Assembly: GCA_030265395.1 (NCBI GenBank) | Contig: JARFYF010000060.1 | Location: 20,496,502-20,560,501, forward strand | DNA length: 64,000 nt | DNA from: Rhina ancylostomus | Taxonomy: Eukaryota | Reading direction: 5' to 3' | Part shown: positions 51,389-64,000 of the stretch, piece by piece | Numbering within the stretch: the first letter of the stretch is position 1 | Layout of the letters: every line of letters begins with the position of its first letter | Notes under the pieces: model-generated | Seen by the model: the letters and a program-made list of their open reading frames with translations, nothing else | Told to the model about the DNA's origin: nothing | Databases searched by the model: none | Made by a program: the position numbers and the translations under genes

Positions 51389-51869
51389 GGGGCTTTTGTG
51401 TTAAGCAGACGGTGTCCCACGGCCCTTGGTGTCCAGGCGCTGGGACCCGTCGGGCGCCTGCCGCGGGGCGGGTGGCGTGCCGGGCTGCTTGGGGACGTGG
51501 GCGGGGTGAGGAGGAGACCGTTTGGCCTGTCACGCATCCTGCTCGGCTGTGGAACGAGGCGTGGATGCAGAGTCAGAAGTCAAAGTCGGGCTTTTGTCAC
51601 CGGCGCAAGTCCGTGTCTGCACGGGTGCAGTGACAAACTCTCCCACAGCAGCATCGCAGGCCCACAGAGAGGGTCTGAGGAAGGGTTTTTGTGGGTTGGG
51701 ATCTGGGACACACTGACTGAGGGTNNNNNNNNNNCCCCCCCCCCCCCCGCCAGGCTGGGACAGCACCTAGATCAAGGAGCACTTGAATCGCCAAGATGTA
51801 CAGGGTTGTGGACCAAGTGCTGGTAGAAAGAACTCATACTGAGGGTACAGCCACAAGAGACCACAGGTT

Positions 51870-52725
51870 GCTGTTGGTTTATTATTGTCACTTGTACTGA
51901 AGTACAGTGGAAAACTTGTCTTGCAGTTTTTGTACAGATCAATTCATGGCACAGTGCATTGAGGTAGTACAGGTAATAACAATAACAGAATACAGAGTGA
52001 AGTGTCACAGCTCCAGAGGAAGTGGAGTGCAGGTAGACAATAAGGTGCAAGGTAGATCGTGAGGTCAGAGTCCATCTCATTGAGGGAACCGTTTAATAGT
52101 CTTATCACAGCGGGGTAGAAGCTGTCGTTGAGCCTGGTGGTACGTGCCCTCAGGCTCCTGTATCTTCTGCCTGATGGGAGAGGAGAGAAGAGACCCAGGT
52201 GGGTGGGGTCATTGATTATGCCAGCACTTGTTTCACTAAGGCAGCGAGAGGTAAAGTCCGTGGAAGAGAGGCTGGTGTCCATGATGCGCTGGACTGTGTC
52301 CACAACTCTCTGCAGTTTATTGCGGTCCTGGGCACAGCTGTTGCCGTACCGAGCGTGATGCACCCAGATAGTGGATGTATGGATATGCATCCATACTTGT
52401 ATCTATGGTGCATTGATAAAAGTCGGTGAGTGTCAAAGAGGACATACTGAATTTCTTTATCCTCTTGAGGAAGAAGAGGCGCTGGTGAGCTTTCTTGGCC
52501 GTGGCGTCTACGTGGTTGGACCAGGATAGGCTTATTGGTGATGCTCAGCTCTGGGAACTTGAAGCTTTCAACCCTCTCAACCTCAGCACCATTGATGTAA
52601 ACAGGAACGTGTGCACCGCTCCCCTTCCTGAAAGTCAATGACCAGCTCTTTTGGTTTGCTGACATTGAGGGGAAGGTTATTGTCATGATACCATGTTACT
52701 AGGCTCTCTATCTCCTTCCTGTACA
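51870..52725 (-). mobile_element. Rex/Babar LINE 3' fragment
   Basis: Frameshifted peptides PVYINGAEVERVESFKF and LFSPLPSGRRYRSLRARTTRLNDSFYPAVIRLLN; tail (plus strand) ggtttattattgtcac. Confidence 0.85.
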
Positions 52726-52739
52726 TCAAATTTTATCTG

Positions 52740-53226
52740 CTGTTTAATAAGAATATGACTGACCTGATTGCAAGCTCACCTCTGCATTCCTAGCTGCCTT
52801 AATCTTTTGTCCCTTTAATTATCAAGTATCCATTAGTCACGGCCTTAAAAATATTCAAGGACTCTGCTTCCACCACCCTTTGAGGAAGGGAGTTCCGAAG
52901 ATTCACAACCTTCAGAAACAAATTCAGCTCATCTCTTAAATGTGTGACATCTCTCTCTAGCTTTTCCTAAAGCACCCTCTCGACTTCCACACTATCTATA
53001 CCTCTCAGGGTCTTACTTATTTCAATTAAGTCACTTCTCACAGTTCTAAACTCCAGTGGATTCAAGCCTAGCTTGTCCAGCATTTTCTCATGAGACCATC
53101 TGCCCAGTATTTAAGATAGAGGGATATGTGCAAGGAAGGGGTTAGATAGTCTTAGGTGAGGTTTAAAGGTCGACACAACATTGTGGGCCAAAGGGCCTGT
53201 ATTGTGCTGTACTGTTCTATGTTCTA
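52740..53226. mobile_element. Composite CR1 fragments (old copy on minus strand 52740-53100, young tail on plus strand 53112-53226)
   Basis: ctctgcttccaccaccctttgagg... followed by gtgggccaaagggcctgtattgtgctgtactgttctatgttcta. Confidence 0.7.
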
Positions 53227-55424
53227 AAACTTCTTTGGATGCATTAAGGTCCTTCCATTCATGTAATGAAAGACAAAACCATCTAAACTGGGGCGAAAAG
53301 TAGTTAATAAGCTACAGGGCATCTCAGTGCATTTTACAGCCTTTGAGATGTGGTCACTTGCACATTATGGGAAACCTGGTAAGTGGGTTTTGCATGGCAA
53401 GATCCCACAACCAACAATCCAGGAAAGCGACTGGGCGAGAGTAGTTTTCAGGAAAACTAATCCTTGTGGGGAAAATCGGCACTCTCGGGAGAGGAAATTA
53501 CTTGAAGGTTATGTGTGGTGGGGGGAGGAGTGTGACAAAAGAGAATTGGAAAAGATTGCAAGATTTGTGGTTCAGGGGTGAAAAAATTCAAGCAATTTGG
53601 CGTCGTGCCCTGTGCAAACACTTCCTCTTGAACTGTCTCCCCGTCTGAAGCAATGGGCTTGGCTTTGCACCCAAGATGCCGGCTGTCACTCGAATCTTTC
53701 TGCAGGTTACGGCACACCCAGGCTGCAGTGGAAAGGCTGCTTCACCAGCAACTTCTGTGTTTTTCGATGACAGTGCTAGATTTGAGAGTGGTTCAGCTCT
53801 GTGTTTTGAGATGTGGTGCATTTCTTGGAAAGGGGAGGCCAACCCTTGAGGTTTCCTCTGCGTCGCTGGGCTGAGTGAAGGGAGTTTCTTTTGCGGCCAC
53901 CTCCCAATGCCCACGACCTGTCACTCCCTCCCTGCACCTAACCACCTCAGCCCCATCCCTCCCTACCACCAACCACCATCCCATAAACCACCCCTCCCAC
54001 TCCCTTCCACCTTGTAAATTCCATTTTGAGAGACTTATTTCTGTGGTAACATTAATTCAAAACATCAAGATCCTTGTGTTAATGAGAACGTTTGGATCGT
54101 CTGCTCAAATGTAATTTAACATTGCTATGTAATTTAACTTTGCTGCAAGTGATCATCAAAGAAAAACAGTCCAAAATGGGTTATATTATGTACAAAATTA
54201 TTATACCAAGAAGATGTCCCCTCTTTGTATTCTGCTGTTACTGATTCCAGAACTGAAAGTTATTGGATTGAGAGAGAGAGGGGGGAAATTGGATACAGTT
54301 TCACATTGATTAATTGTCCAATAATCAAATGTTTGCTGTAAGTAATTTAAAACAAAAAAAATCTGTCAGGAATTGTAACTTGATCGTTCAAACTAGCTGG
54401 ACGTGGGCTGGTTTGTAGTTTTAAAAAAAATTCCTTGGGATCATCAGACTCTGGAATGCTGGGGCCTCTCTGGGAAGCTGGTGTCCATTTACAGTGCATC
54501 TTGTATAGTCGACCACTAAGGCGAGGGCAGAGGGCTTGGGCCTCCTGGTATGTGATTGATTATGTGGTATTTATGCCATTGAGGACTTTTCAGCAGCTTA
54601 GGGTCAAGGGGTCATCTCGTGTGTCTTACTGCAAATCCGTTTCCTTTTGTACAGTGAAGACTTGAGTGAACAAAAACAGCTTTTTTTCTTCCTTGGGAAA
54701 GGGAGTGGAGTGAGGGGGGAGGTGTGGTGTCAATTCAACCCTTTTCGATGGACTGAACTTTAATGTTTAAAGTCTTTACAAATAGCAGTGAGCTGTGCTT
54801 ACCTCATTACACTACGTTTGTGCCATTGTCCTCTTTAAGGCACGAATTTCAAAGTCTCAAAATACCCTGTGTAATCTCCTGTGGATGTTTGAATTTTTAC
54901 TACCTTGCTGTCACAATACGCAGGGAAACACCTCCAGTCTAGTAGTGCTAAATGGCACCTATTTGTAGGTTGTGGCAATAGTATCTGTTCCCACTTTCCA
55001 ACGAAGGAAGATGGTTCATTTGGAAATGGAGGGAAAGTGAGACAAAAGGTAGGAATGTAGGAGATGAAAAGAATGAAATAAATTTGACCATTGGTCTTCA
55101 AGGTGTTTAACTTGGATTTGGGTCTGATTAAAGCTCTGTTGACTGCATGATAAAAGCACAGCATTTTGTGTACAGTGCTCTCAATCAGTGATTTCTTCGA
55201 TTCACATGAGCTCTGCATCTGCTNNNNNNNNNNNNNNNNNNNNNNNNNNNNNNNNNNNNNNNNNNNNNNNNNNNNNNNNNNNNNNNNNNNNNNNNNNNNN
55301 NNNNNNNNNNNNNNNNNNNNNNNGCTTCAGTCGGGCAAACAAAGCCAAATTTGTTGTTCCTGTCAACTGACCACTGTAGCACTAAGGAGAAATTGGCCAG
55401 CGCTTGGTTGCTGGTACACATCTC

Positions 55425-55830
55425 ATGTGGCTGAGTGTTTAGTCCTCCCCTCCTTCTCAGAAGGTTGTCGCTTTGATCCCTGTTCCGGAAGCTTGAGGTC
55501 AAAAATCTAGGAGGGCGCTTTAATACATTGCAGTGGAGTGTGCTGCACTACTAGAGAGGCCACTTTTTGGTTGATAGATTTAAACCAGCATCTCCCAGGT
55601 GAACATTGAAGATTCCATGGCATTATTTTGAAGGTGGTCAGGGAGAGTTATGCCCGGTATCTTGGGCAATATTTGCCTTGCAGCTTCCCGCCTCCCAATA
55701 ATCAGTTTCAGAATATCTGGCCATTATGCTAATAGTATCTCCTCTGCACAGATTAACTGCTATGTTTCCTGTAGTGACCAGATTTCAAAAGTACTTCATT
55801 GGCTGTTGTCCTTTGGAATGATTGAAAACC
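55425..55830 (+). mobile_element. DeuSINE/SacSINE1-like ancient SINE
   Basis: cagaaggttgt...gtgctgcact...gattccatggcattattttgaag...ttcaaaagtacttcattggctg. Confidence 0.7.
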
Positions 55831-58800
55831 ATTTATCCATTCCAGGGTCTCTACTGATGTGATGGGGAAATGTCACAGCAGAAGTCCTCGGGATTTCAAC
55901 ATTCAGATAGAAGTCCATTCTGCCCTTTGTTCTATGCTAGCACAGACTCTGTTTGGATGTCACCTCAGTGCATCCCTGTTTCATGCACTTTCCCAGTGGC
56001 AACCTGGAATGTTGGAACACTGGCATGTTGGAAGCAGATTCTGTTGTCTCGACAGTTATAGGTTTAATATTTTAATAATGANNNNNNNNNNNNNNNNNNN
56101 NNNNNNNNNNNNNNNNNNNNNNNNNNNNNNNNNNNNNNNNNNNNNNNNNNNNNNNNNNNNNNNNNNNNNNNNNNNNNNNNNGATTCTGTTGTCTCGACAG
56201 TTATAGGTTTAATGTTTTAATAATGATTTGCTGGAAGCCTATTCTTCAAGACTTCCATCGCTGAAGAGCTCTTCCATAGAATTGATGCTCGTTTTGTTTT
56301 GACGAGGTCCTTGGCCCACTCCATTTGAATGGGATACAGCGTCACTCAGTGCTTCTGGTCAGAAATGAGGTTTTAAGTTTCATCTGGCATTTTGTGTTGT
56401 TTGCTTTAGGTAACTTGTTAAATTAGACACTGGAGTGTCATAGAAGGAGCCAATGTGACTCATCTTTGAAGGAGCTTTCCAATGAGTGACAGATTTCTGG
56501 ATATTGAAGAAGTTAAGGGCTATGGAAATGGGCAGGAAAAGTGGCATTTGATCAGCTATGACAGATCAAATGATCTACTCCTATTTCTTCAGTTGTGTTC
56601 TTCTGTTGATTCTGCTCCTTTGGTCTTTCCCCAAATGCTCTCAAATCTTCTTCTTCAAATATTTATCCATTTCTCTCTTAAATGCCACTATTGAATATAC
56701 TTTCTGTATCAGTCTTGCCTCTGCTGTTTCTTGCAATGATCTCCCATCGCTGGTTAACCCTCCCTTTGCCAGGTTATCATCCATCATTTATGAATCCTCT
56801 TTAAATCCTGCCTTGCCCTTCTCTACTCGAAGGAGGAGTATCTCCGCTTCTCGGCACAGAAACAGACCCTTCGGCCCACCGGGTCTGTGTCAGCCATCAA
56901 GTTCCCATTTTACACTAATCCTACCCTGACTATTTATTCTCCCCACTTCGGTTTCACCCATTGCTGGCCCCATACTGGCTGATCTCCTCTGTACTCTAAC
57001 CTGTTTCTAATTTCAGGGACTGGTACCTCTGGACAAAGCCAGAATAACTCCATCTGATTTGGTGAAGCATAGAGGCTCTTCTTGACTAACTTTTGCTGAT
57101 CAACGATTAATAACTAAGTCCAAAACAGTTGGCATAAAAGCTCAATGTATTGTTCACCGTAAGATGCCTTCAATCAATGGTGGGACTTCAGTTCCATTGA
57201 ATCTTGTGTGTTGAGATCTCTATGAAGGGGGTTTATGTTCCTGTGTGTGGGTCTTCTACTCTAGCTCCAATGTGAACTAAACTGCAGTTGGCCTGGAGCC
57301 TCGGGCTGTTCTTGTTATTGAAGTTCGTCTGTAAGTTTGGAAGTGGAGGATTGACAGCTGCCATTTGTTTTAATTGAAACAAAACAGTTGGGGGAAGGGG
57401 AGAGGGTGAGTAATTGATACAGTGACCGGGCGGTAACGGGTGATGGCAATTTCTACCAGATGTCACAATTTATGATGCACTTTGTGTAGCTCCGCCTGAC
57501 CCGAGGGCTAGAAACGCTGTGTCCTTTAGCTTTCATTTCCTGTAGATCTGGATGGCTGCTGCAGAGCAGCACCGAAGCAGACTGCCCCTCGCTTGATGGG
57601 GGTTGAAGTGGGGGTGGGTGGGGGGGGGGGGGGGGGCAGGNNNNNNNNNNNNNNNNNNNNNNNNNNNNNNNNNNNNNNNNNNNNNNNNNNNNNNNNNNNN
57701 NNNNNNNNNNNNNNNNNNNNNNNNNNNNNNNNNNNNNNNNNNNNNNNNNNNNNNNNNNNNNNNNNNNNNNNNNNNNNNNNNNNNNNNNNNNNNNNNNNNN
57801 NNNNNNNNNNNNNNNNNNNNNNNNNNNNNNNNNNNNNNNNNNNNNNNNNNNNNNNNNNNNNNNNNNNNNNNNNNNNNNNNNNNNNNNNNNNNNNNNNNNN
57901 NNNNNNNNNNNNNNNNNNNNNNNNNNNNNNNNNNNNNNNNNNNNNNNNNNNNNNNNCGGCAGTGCGTTGAACCATTTGTGACATCTTCATAACTATTCCA
58001 CTCTGAAAAGACCAGAGTTTTATTACTGAGGAATTAGCACATTTCAAGGAAGTGAACCTGTGCTACAGGAATATTTGATGGAGTTTTTGTTTTGTTGTTG
58101 ATCACAGGAACATTTGAGAAGTTTCTCTTTCCTCTCTCTCAACACAGAAGATTGTGACTGAGCAGTCCATCTCTGCAACCTTGCACCACCGATCACTTGC
58201 ACTGAGACATCAGACAGTTGGGAGTAGGAGGGAGCCAGGGGTTCATAGAGGACCGACTCTTGCACTGCTTTAGTGTGTGTGTACATCTTCCGAGAGNNNN
58301 NNNNNNCCACTGCCCAGCCAAGCACCATTGTGGTCACTGTCACAGTTGCATTGAGTAATGTAATGATCACGACACAGGCCATTCAGCCCAGCTGGTGTCT
58401 GCCAGTGCTCATGCTCTATTTGAGTCTTCTCCCACTTGACCTTCGTTCCCTGTCCTATTCCTTCCTCCTTTCGGTTATCTAACTTCCACTAACATCAATG
58501 CTATTCAGCACAAATACTGCATGTACATTGAGTTCTACTTTCTAACCCATCACTAAGCAAAGTTTTCCTTGAGTCTCCTGCTGATTCACTCGTGACTGCC
58601 TTGTGTTCATGACCTTGATTTATTTTCAAGTCATCCTGGTTAAAAGGACATACAAAGATTTTGTTTTAGAATTTGGTTCTTGCTGAAAATTCTCTGAGGT
58701 GGATTTTCCCCATAGAGTTAGAGAATCTTGCCAGTTGGCCACAGGAGTCTAACTGTCCCTGTAAGCTTTCCTGGCTCAAGGAAGGAAAGCAAAAGGAACA

Positions 58801-59139
58801 CACACACAAAATAAAAGTAGCTGTGCTTTTTAATACTTCTGAGATAATGTTAGGGTTTCTGCCATAGTTAGAACCTGAATGCGACAGGAGGTTGGAAGCT
58901 CCTGAGGTTGTAAAAGAATCATGGGGTCAAAGTGAGTGACCCTAGGCTCAAGTAACTTGGGATCAGTGTGACCCACTCTATCATCTTCAATTTAAATGTC
59001 TCACCAGCTTAGAGTGGGAAATGTTGAATTAATAGTCTGCAAGAAGATCTCCAATCCACACCTGATTAACTTTGCGACAGGATTGATAAGCACGTATCCA
59101 TCACCTCCTTTGTTAAAACTATGATTGCTGTATTCAGCA

Positions 59140-59490
59140 TCCTGAGCACCAGATCTGGGGTGACACTTCTCATTGTACTGAGGGAGAGCTGCAGTGTCAG
59201 AGTTGCTGCTTTTCCAATGCACCATTAAACTGAAGTCTCATGTTCCTCCTCAGGAGGCTGTGAAAGATACCATGATGCCATCTGAAGAAGAGTAAGAGAG
59301 CTTCTCTGGTCTGGTTTCAGGCTGATATTTGTACCCTTTCCAACAGCACTAAGGTGCATTATCTGGTCATTGTTGTGTGGCTTGTGAGAGCTTGCTGTGC
59401 TCAAATTGGCCGGTGTAATGCACATCACAGCATTCATTGGCTACAGAGTGCTTTGTTACATCCTAAGGTGGTGGAAGAAGTTATAAGGTA
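59140..59490 (+). mobile_element. DeuSINE/SacSINE1-like ancient SINE
   Basis: tgtactgagggagagctgcagtgtcagag...attatctggtcattg...gagcttgctgtgctcaaattggc...cattggct. Confidence 0.7.
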
Positions 59491-60518
59491 CACATTTTTT
59501 TCCACATTAAGTATCTGTTGTCCTGAAATTACATCAGTACCTCAAATAGTTATGGGTTCTCTTTTTTATTTGTGACATTGAGGTCAAGTAAAGAGGGGAG
59601 CACAGGATCTGGGGATAGTTCTGTACTCGAGCCTTACGGCAATTGAGGTGGGAGGAAGAGGAGAATCCCAGAAATACTTAGTACAAACATCAAATTGCTA
59701 AATAAGCCTTGTTCACTTTAGCTTGCATGTATAACACCTGATCAAACCCTCCAAATGAAGCAGTATTGAATGAAGTACTTTGAACCACGGTGGCTATTGT
59801 CTGGTTATTTTTCCCATAGATGAGAAGAGTGGCTGGTTAACCTGTGATGGAAGGAGTGATTCCTCGATGAGTGGAATATGCTCACGAGGGATGCTCACCG
59901 TGAACTTTATCTTCTTCCAATGAGTCACTTCCTTGAACGTCCCTCCCAGATGACCCATTCTGTAGCACCATCTAGTGGAGGGGAAGAGGATAAAGCCATC
60001 GGTTTCCCACGGCCTTGGCCGTGATAAAAGATACCCCAATATGGACAGCCATCATGTTCTTGCTTCGAGAATGGGGAAGATTATTATTGTAGCACCCTTC
60101 AGAGAAAGCAGTCTGCCCTCTTGACTTGGGGGAGGAAAGTGGGAGGGAAGATGATAATAAAGAAAGTCCATTCAGCTGATGTTTCTTTTTGGAGAACAGT
60201 AATGTTTCAGGAAATATAACTGAGTGACACTCTGTGAATTATTATATGTCACTGTCAGGATTTCCAATTAAAAGTACTATCCATAAATAATAGGTAGGGG
60301 GAAAATAGTGGGAGAGGAAGGGGGAATAAACAATCTCAAAGCAGATAAAAGGAATATAACTGAAGTCTTCCCTGGAATTACAAAATACCATATCAATGAT
60401 TTTATTATCTGTCAAAGCTGTTCCTGTCATCTCTGTAGCTTCACAACATCAACAACAACTTGTACACACAGTAGAAAGTCTTAAGTGCCTCAGAGAATGG
60501 TTGTGAGCTGTAGTGGTC

Positions 60519-60970
60519 AGTGCAGAGGAGATTCACCAGGATGTTGCCTGGATTGGAGGACTTTGCTTCTGGGGAGAGATTGGATAGGCTGGGCTTGTTT
60601 TCCCTGCAGCAAGTAAGGCTGAGTGTTGATGTGGTAGAAGTATATAAGATTGCGAGAGGCATAAATAGGGGAGATGGTCAGAATTGTTTCCCTGTGGTAG
60701 GGGTATCAAAAACAAGAGGGCCTAGTTTTAAGGTGAGAGGTAGGAGATTTTTAATCACACAGAGACTGGTTGCTATCTGGAAAGTGCTGCTGGAGGAGCT
60801 GGCGGAATCAGATACAATTACTATGTTCAAGAGGCATTTCAATAGGCAAGGCATGGAAGGACGTGGTCCGAATGTGGGAAAATAAGATTAGTTGTAAATG
60901 GGCAAAAAGTTTGGTATGGATGTGGTGGGCTGAAGGGCCTGTTCCTGTGCGGTCCAACTCCTTAACTCTG
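60519..60970 (+). mobile_element. CR1-clade LINE 3' fragment
   Basis: VQRRFTRMLPGLEDFASGERLDRLGLFSL...; 3' UTR gggctgaagggcctgtt. Confidence 0.85.
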
Positions 60971-63900
60971 TCCATGCAGGATCTACAAGGATGGATGATG
61001 AGAGGAGGTCAAAGCTTGGTTGAGGTGATTTTGAGGAACAGTGAGTGGCCATAATGTTTAGGGAGGGAATTCCAGAGTTTAGTAAGTACATGGATGGAAG
61101 TATTACGACCTTTGACAAAACAAAGGACAGGGGGATGCGCAGGAGGTTGGAACCGGAGGACTACAGAGATCAAGGAGGGCTGGAGGGTTGTAGATGTAGG
61201 ACTGGAAGAGGAGTTTTTGACGTTCAGGTGTCGTTAGATCAGGAATTGCTGTTGATTGTCAAGCATGTGGATGGATTGTAACACAAATCTACATTAGGGG
61301 CTGAACCAAAGTTTAAAAAAATTCCATTATGAAATATTCTGGGGTAGTTGGTGGTCGGTAATACAGCCCTGAATTCAGTAAGTACTGTGGATTTCTGAAA
61401 AGAGCCCGGGAGCTGAGCTGAGTTTGTGAACACGCAGCTCCTGTTTTGGGCCCATCAACTAATTAAGTCTGCTTTTGTTCAGCACTTTAATTCTCTTTCT
61501 GCCATCTAGTTCAGCCTTTGTGTGTCCACACTATAGCTGTAATAGAATCTATAAAAGTTGGCATTTAAAGAGGGAGTCTCGCCCTTTTGACCACTTTTTT
61601 TAAAACAAAAAAATCAAACTATTACACCGTTCTGATTAACTTGAATTGGATTTTCTCCTGATTACATCGAACCTACAATATAGAAACAGGCCATTTGGCC
61701 TAACAGGTCCATGTCTGTGTTTAAAGTTCATACAAGCTCCCTTCTACCTTCTTTCATCTCATTCTACTGCCTTAATTTTTCATTTCTTCTTTAAATGTAA
61801 CCATGCTGTTCACCTCATTCTCTCCTTGTAGTAGTAAGTTCCACATTCTTGGCACTGAGTAGCAATTCCTCCTCAATATCCTCTCAGATTTATGCACTGT
61901 TTTAACTTTTANNNNNNNNNNNNNNNNNNNNNNNNNNNNNNNNNNNNNNNNNNNNNNNNNNNNNNNNNNNNNNNNNNNNNNNNNNNNNNNNNNNNNNNNN
62001 NNNNNNNNNNNCTCAATATCCTCTCAGATTTATGCAGTGTTTTAACTTTTATGAAGAATTTATAGCACAAGCAAAATTCAGCTTGATTGGTCTGTGCCTG
62101 TGTTTATTCTTCACGTGAGCTGTTTTCATCTCAACTTTTAACCTATTCTCTATACTACCAAATTCCTTTTAAAATGTTTTGGTGACAATTTTATGGTGTT
62201 CGTTTTGAACTCTTGGGCAATATATTTCCAAGGGGGGTGGGTGTGTGTGTGTGCATTTGCCTTTGTCTTGATGTGTTAAATTTACTCATTCATATCTGCC
62301 CCCACTTTATCTGAAACCAGATCTGCTGAGTACTTTTGCACAGTGAGTTGTGAATTGGACCGTGCTGTCTGAAAGGATGGTGCAAGCAGATTCAGTCATA
62401 GCTTTCTGCAGGGAATTGGAAAGAGGAAAACTTGCCGAATTACAGGAAAAGGGCAGGCATGTGGAACCAATTCGTTGAAAGAACCGGCGCAAGCATAAGA
62501 GACTAAATAACCTTGTTCTGTACTGTATTTTTCAAATAAGTTTTCTTATACGTTTAACAAAACACATTTTAGCTTCCTATCTTTTTGAGATTTTGCATTT
62601 GTGTTTTAAGAGGCCAATAGGTAGCCGTAACCTAATAGCATTTGAAGAGTGATCAACAGAACACTATACCCAGTTCTTAAAATTGTGGATGGCCATGTTC
62701 TTGATTGCTATAATTTATATTTAGGTGTAACTCGTGTCACTTTGGCCAGGCTTTTAACTATATAGCACACAGAGCTCTCATTTAGGAGATGGCCAATGTA
62801 AACCAAGCTATACAAAGCAGTTTTCAGATTCTGATCACAACAAGTCACAGCAACATAAATAGTCTCCTCTGAAACTTGTCATCATCTACTCCCTGGCTGC
62901 TTTGATTTCTGATGTGCAAATTGGAACCATCCAAGTGGACAAACCAGCTGCTGTGTTGAGATGTTATTGAGTGGAGCCGAAGAGGTACTGTAACCCAAGC
63001 CTTTCTTACACTGGCCAGATGCGGGATCAATAGATTTACAGGAGGGCTTTGTTGAGTGTCACTTGGGTCAGTACCACATAAAAGCCTGGCTGATCCAAGC
63101 ATCATTCTGATCCCAGTATCCATTCACTCCCATTATACTGGGGTTCTGATCCACGTCTGCATTCTCATGGCAAGCTAATCATGCATCTGTCATGAAAACA
63201 CTGGTACTTTCGATGCAAGTGGGTAGTAGATGATGTATGATCAGTAATGTGACACCATGCTTGCTTTACGAGTAAAGGCTTAACTGTATTTCTTGCAAGA
63301 AAGTGCAAATGTGCCTTGTAGTTTCTGTCTATGGAGGGTCACTGCTGAGGGTCCATTTTCAAATGGCAGCTGAAGAATCATAGTGCAGGACACTGCAGAG
63401 GGTGAAAAGTGACAAAATAGAACTCCTTATTTCAAAGCCTTTCTCACCTGCAGTGATGTGGTTGGAATCCAACAGTGTGCACGGAGAATGCTCCTGCAAA
63501 CAGTTCTGTGATGATGACTAAATAATCCATGTTGGTGACAACTGGCTGTAGTATAGATAACCACGTGGAATCCCCTGGTCATCTCCGAATTAGTGTTATG
63601 GGAACTTCTCCATAAACCGTGAGGATGGTGGGAATGAGGCCTCTGCTTGATAACTCGTCCCAAAGATGATACCTGTGACAGTGCAGCACTCCCTCAGTAC
63701 TTCAGTGAGAGTGTCAGCTGAGATTTTGCCACTTATTCAGGGCTGAGCAGAGAAGGTGGGGCTTAAATGAACATTCTGCCAGATCAGAGGTGAAAGCGCT
63801 TCAACTCCATCTCCTGCCTATTTCTCTTTCTGCTTAATCTAGTTTGTGTGTGGCAATTACTATAGAAAAAATGTTTTTTCATAAATTATTTCAATTGAGC

Positions 63901-64000
63901 TAGAAACTGTTAAAAATAATTGTCTGTTATTTCTCAAACATCACAAAATTGAGTAAAACCCTGTCAGAGAATGTTGGTGCATTTGATACCAGCAGTCAGG

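Noticed and set aside
56037-56226. Apparent 45-bp tandem duplication around a gap
   Set aside because: The copies flank a 100-N gap and differ by one base (taatatt vs taatgtt), consistent with unmerged overlapping contig ends or alleles.
61872-62051. Apparent 40-bp direct repeat around a gap
   Set aside because: Same artefact (gcact vs gcagt). Similar duplicated flanks occur at gaps 2254, 11359, 12535, 41171 and 45405.

Overview
Vertebrate nuclear DNA, not prokaryotic: no operons, rRNA/tRNA genes or CRISPR. The repeat set (V-SINE/HE1-type SINEs, DeuSINE/SacSINE1-type SINEs, CR1 and Rex/Babar LINE 3' ends, Penelope-derived hairpins) points to a cartilaginous fish. The draft assembly has many 10-N and 100-N gaps. 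The window appears to lie inside ZBTB16 (PLZF) on the + strand. Only one coding exon is visible (27865-27951, 87 nt, zinc finger 3, equivalent to human exon 4); the rest looks like its two long flanking introns. Main points of interest: (1) a very GC-rich 9-finger C2H2 ZNF ORF with its own AATAAA at 50.5-51.4 kb, either a nested gene or a repeat-mediated mis-join; (2) a compact CpG-rich promoter-like module (CRE, three E-box/CLEAR sites, CCAAT, YY1, GTAAGT donor) at 33.77-33.91 kb; (3) several Penelope-derived fold-back elements carrying minimal type-I hammerhead ribozyme motifs; (4) V-SINEs with two different LINE-derived tails; (5) a steroid-response-element cluster at 16.8-16.9 kb; (6) a NAGNAG acceptor and weak donor on the ZBTB16 exon. 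Repeat boundaries are approximate (read by eye) and family names come from recall, not database searches.
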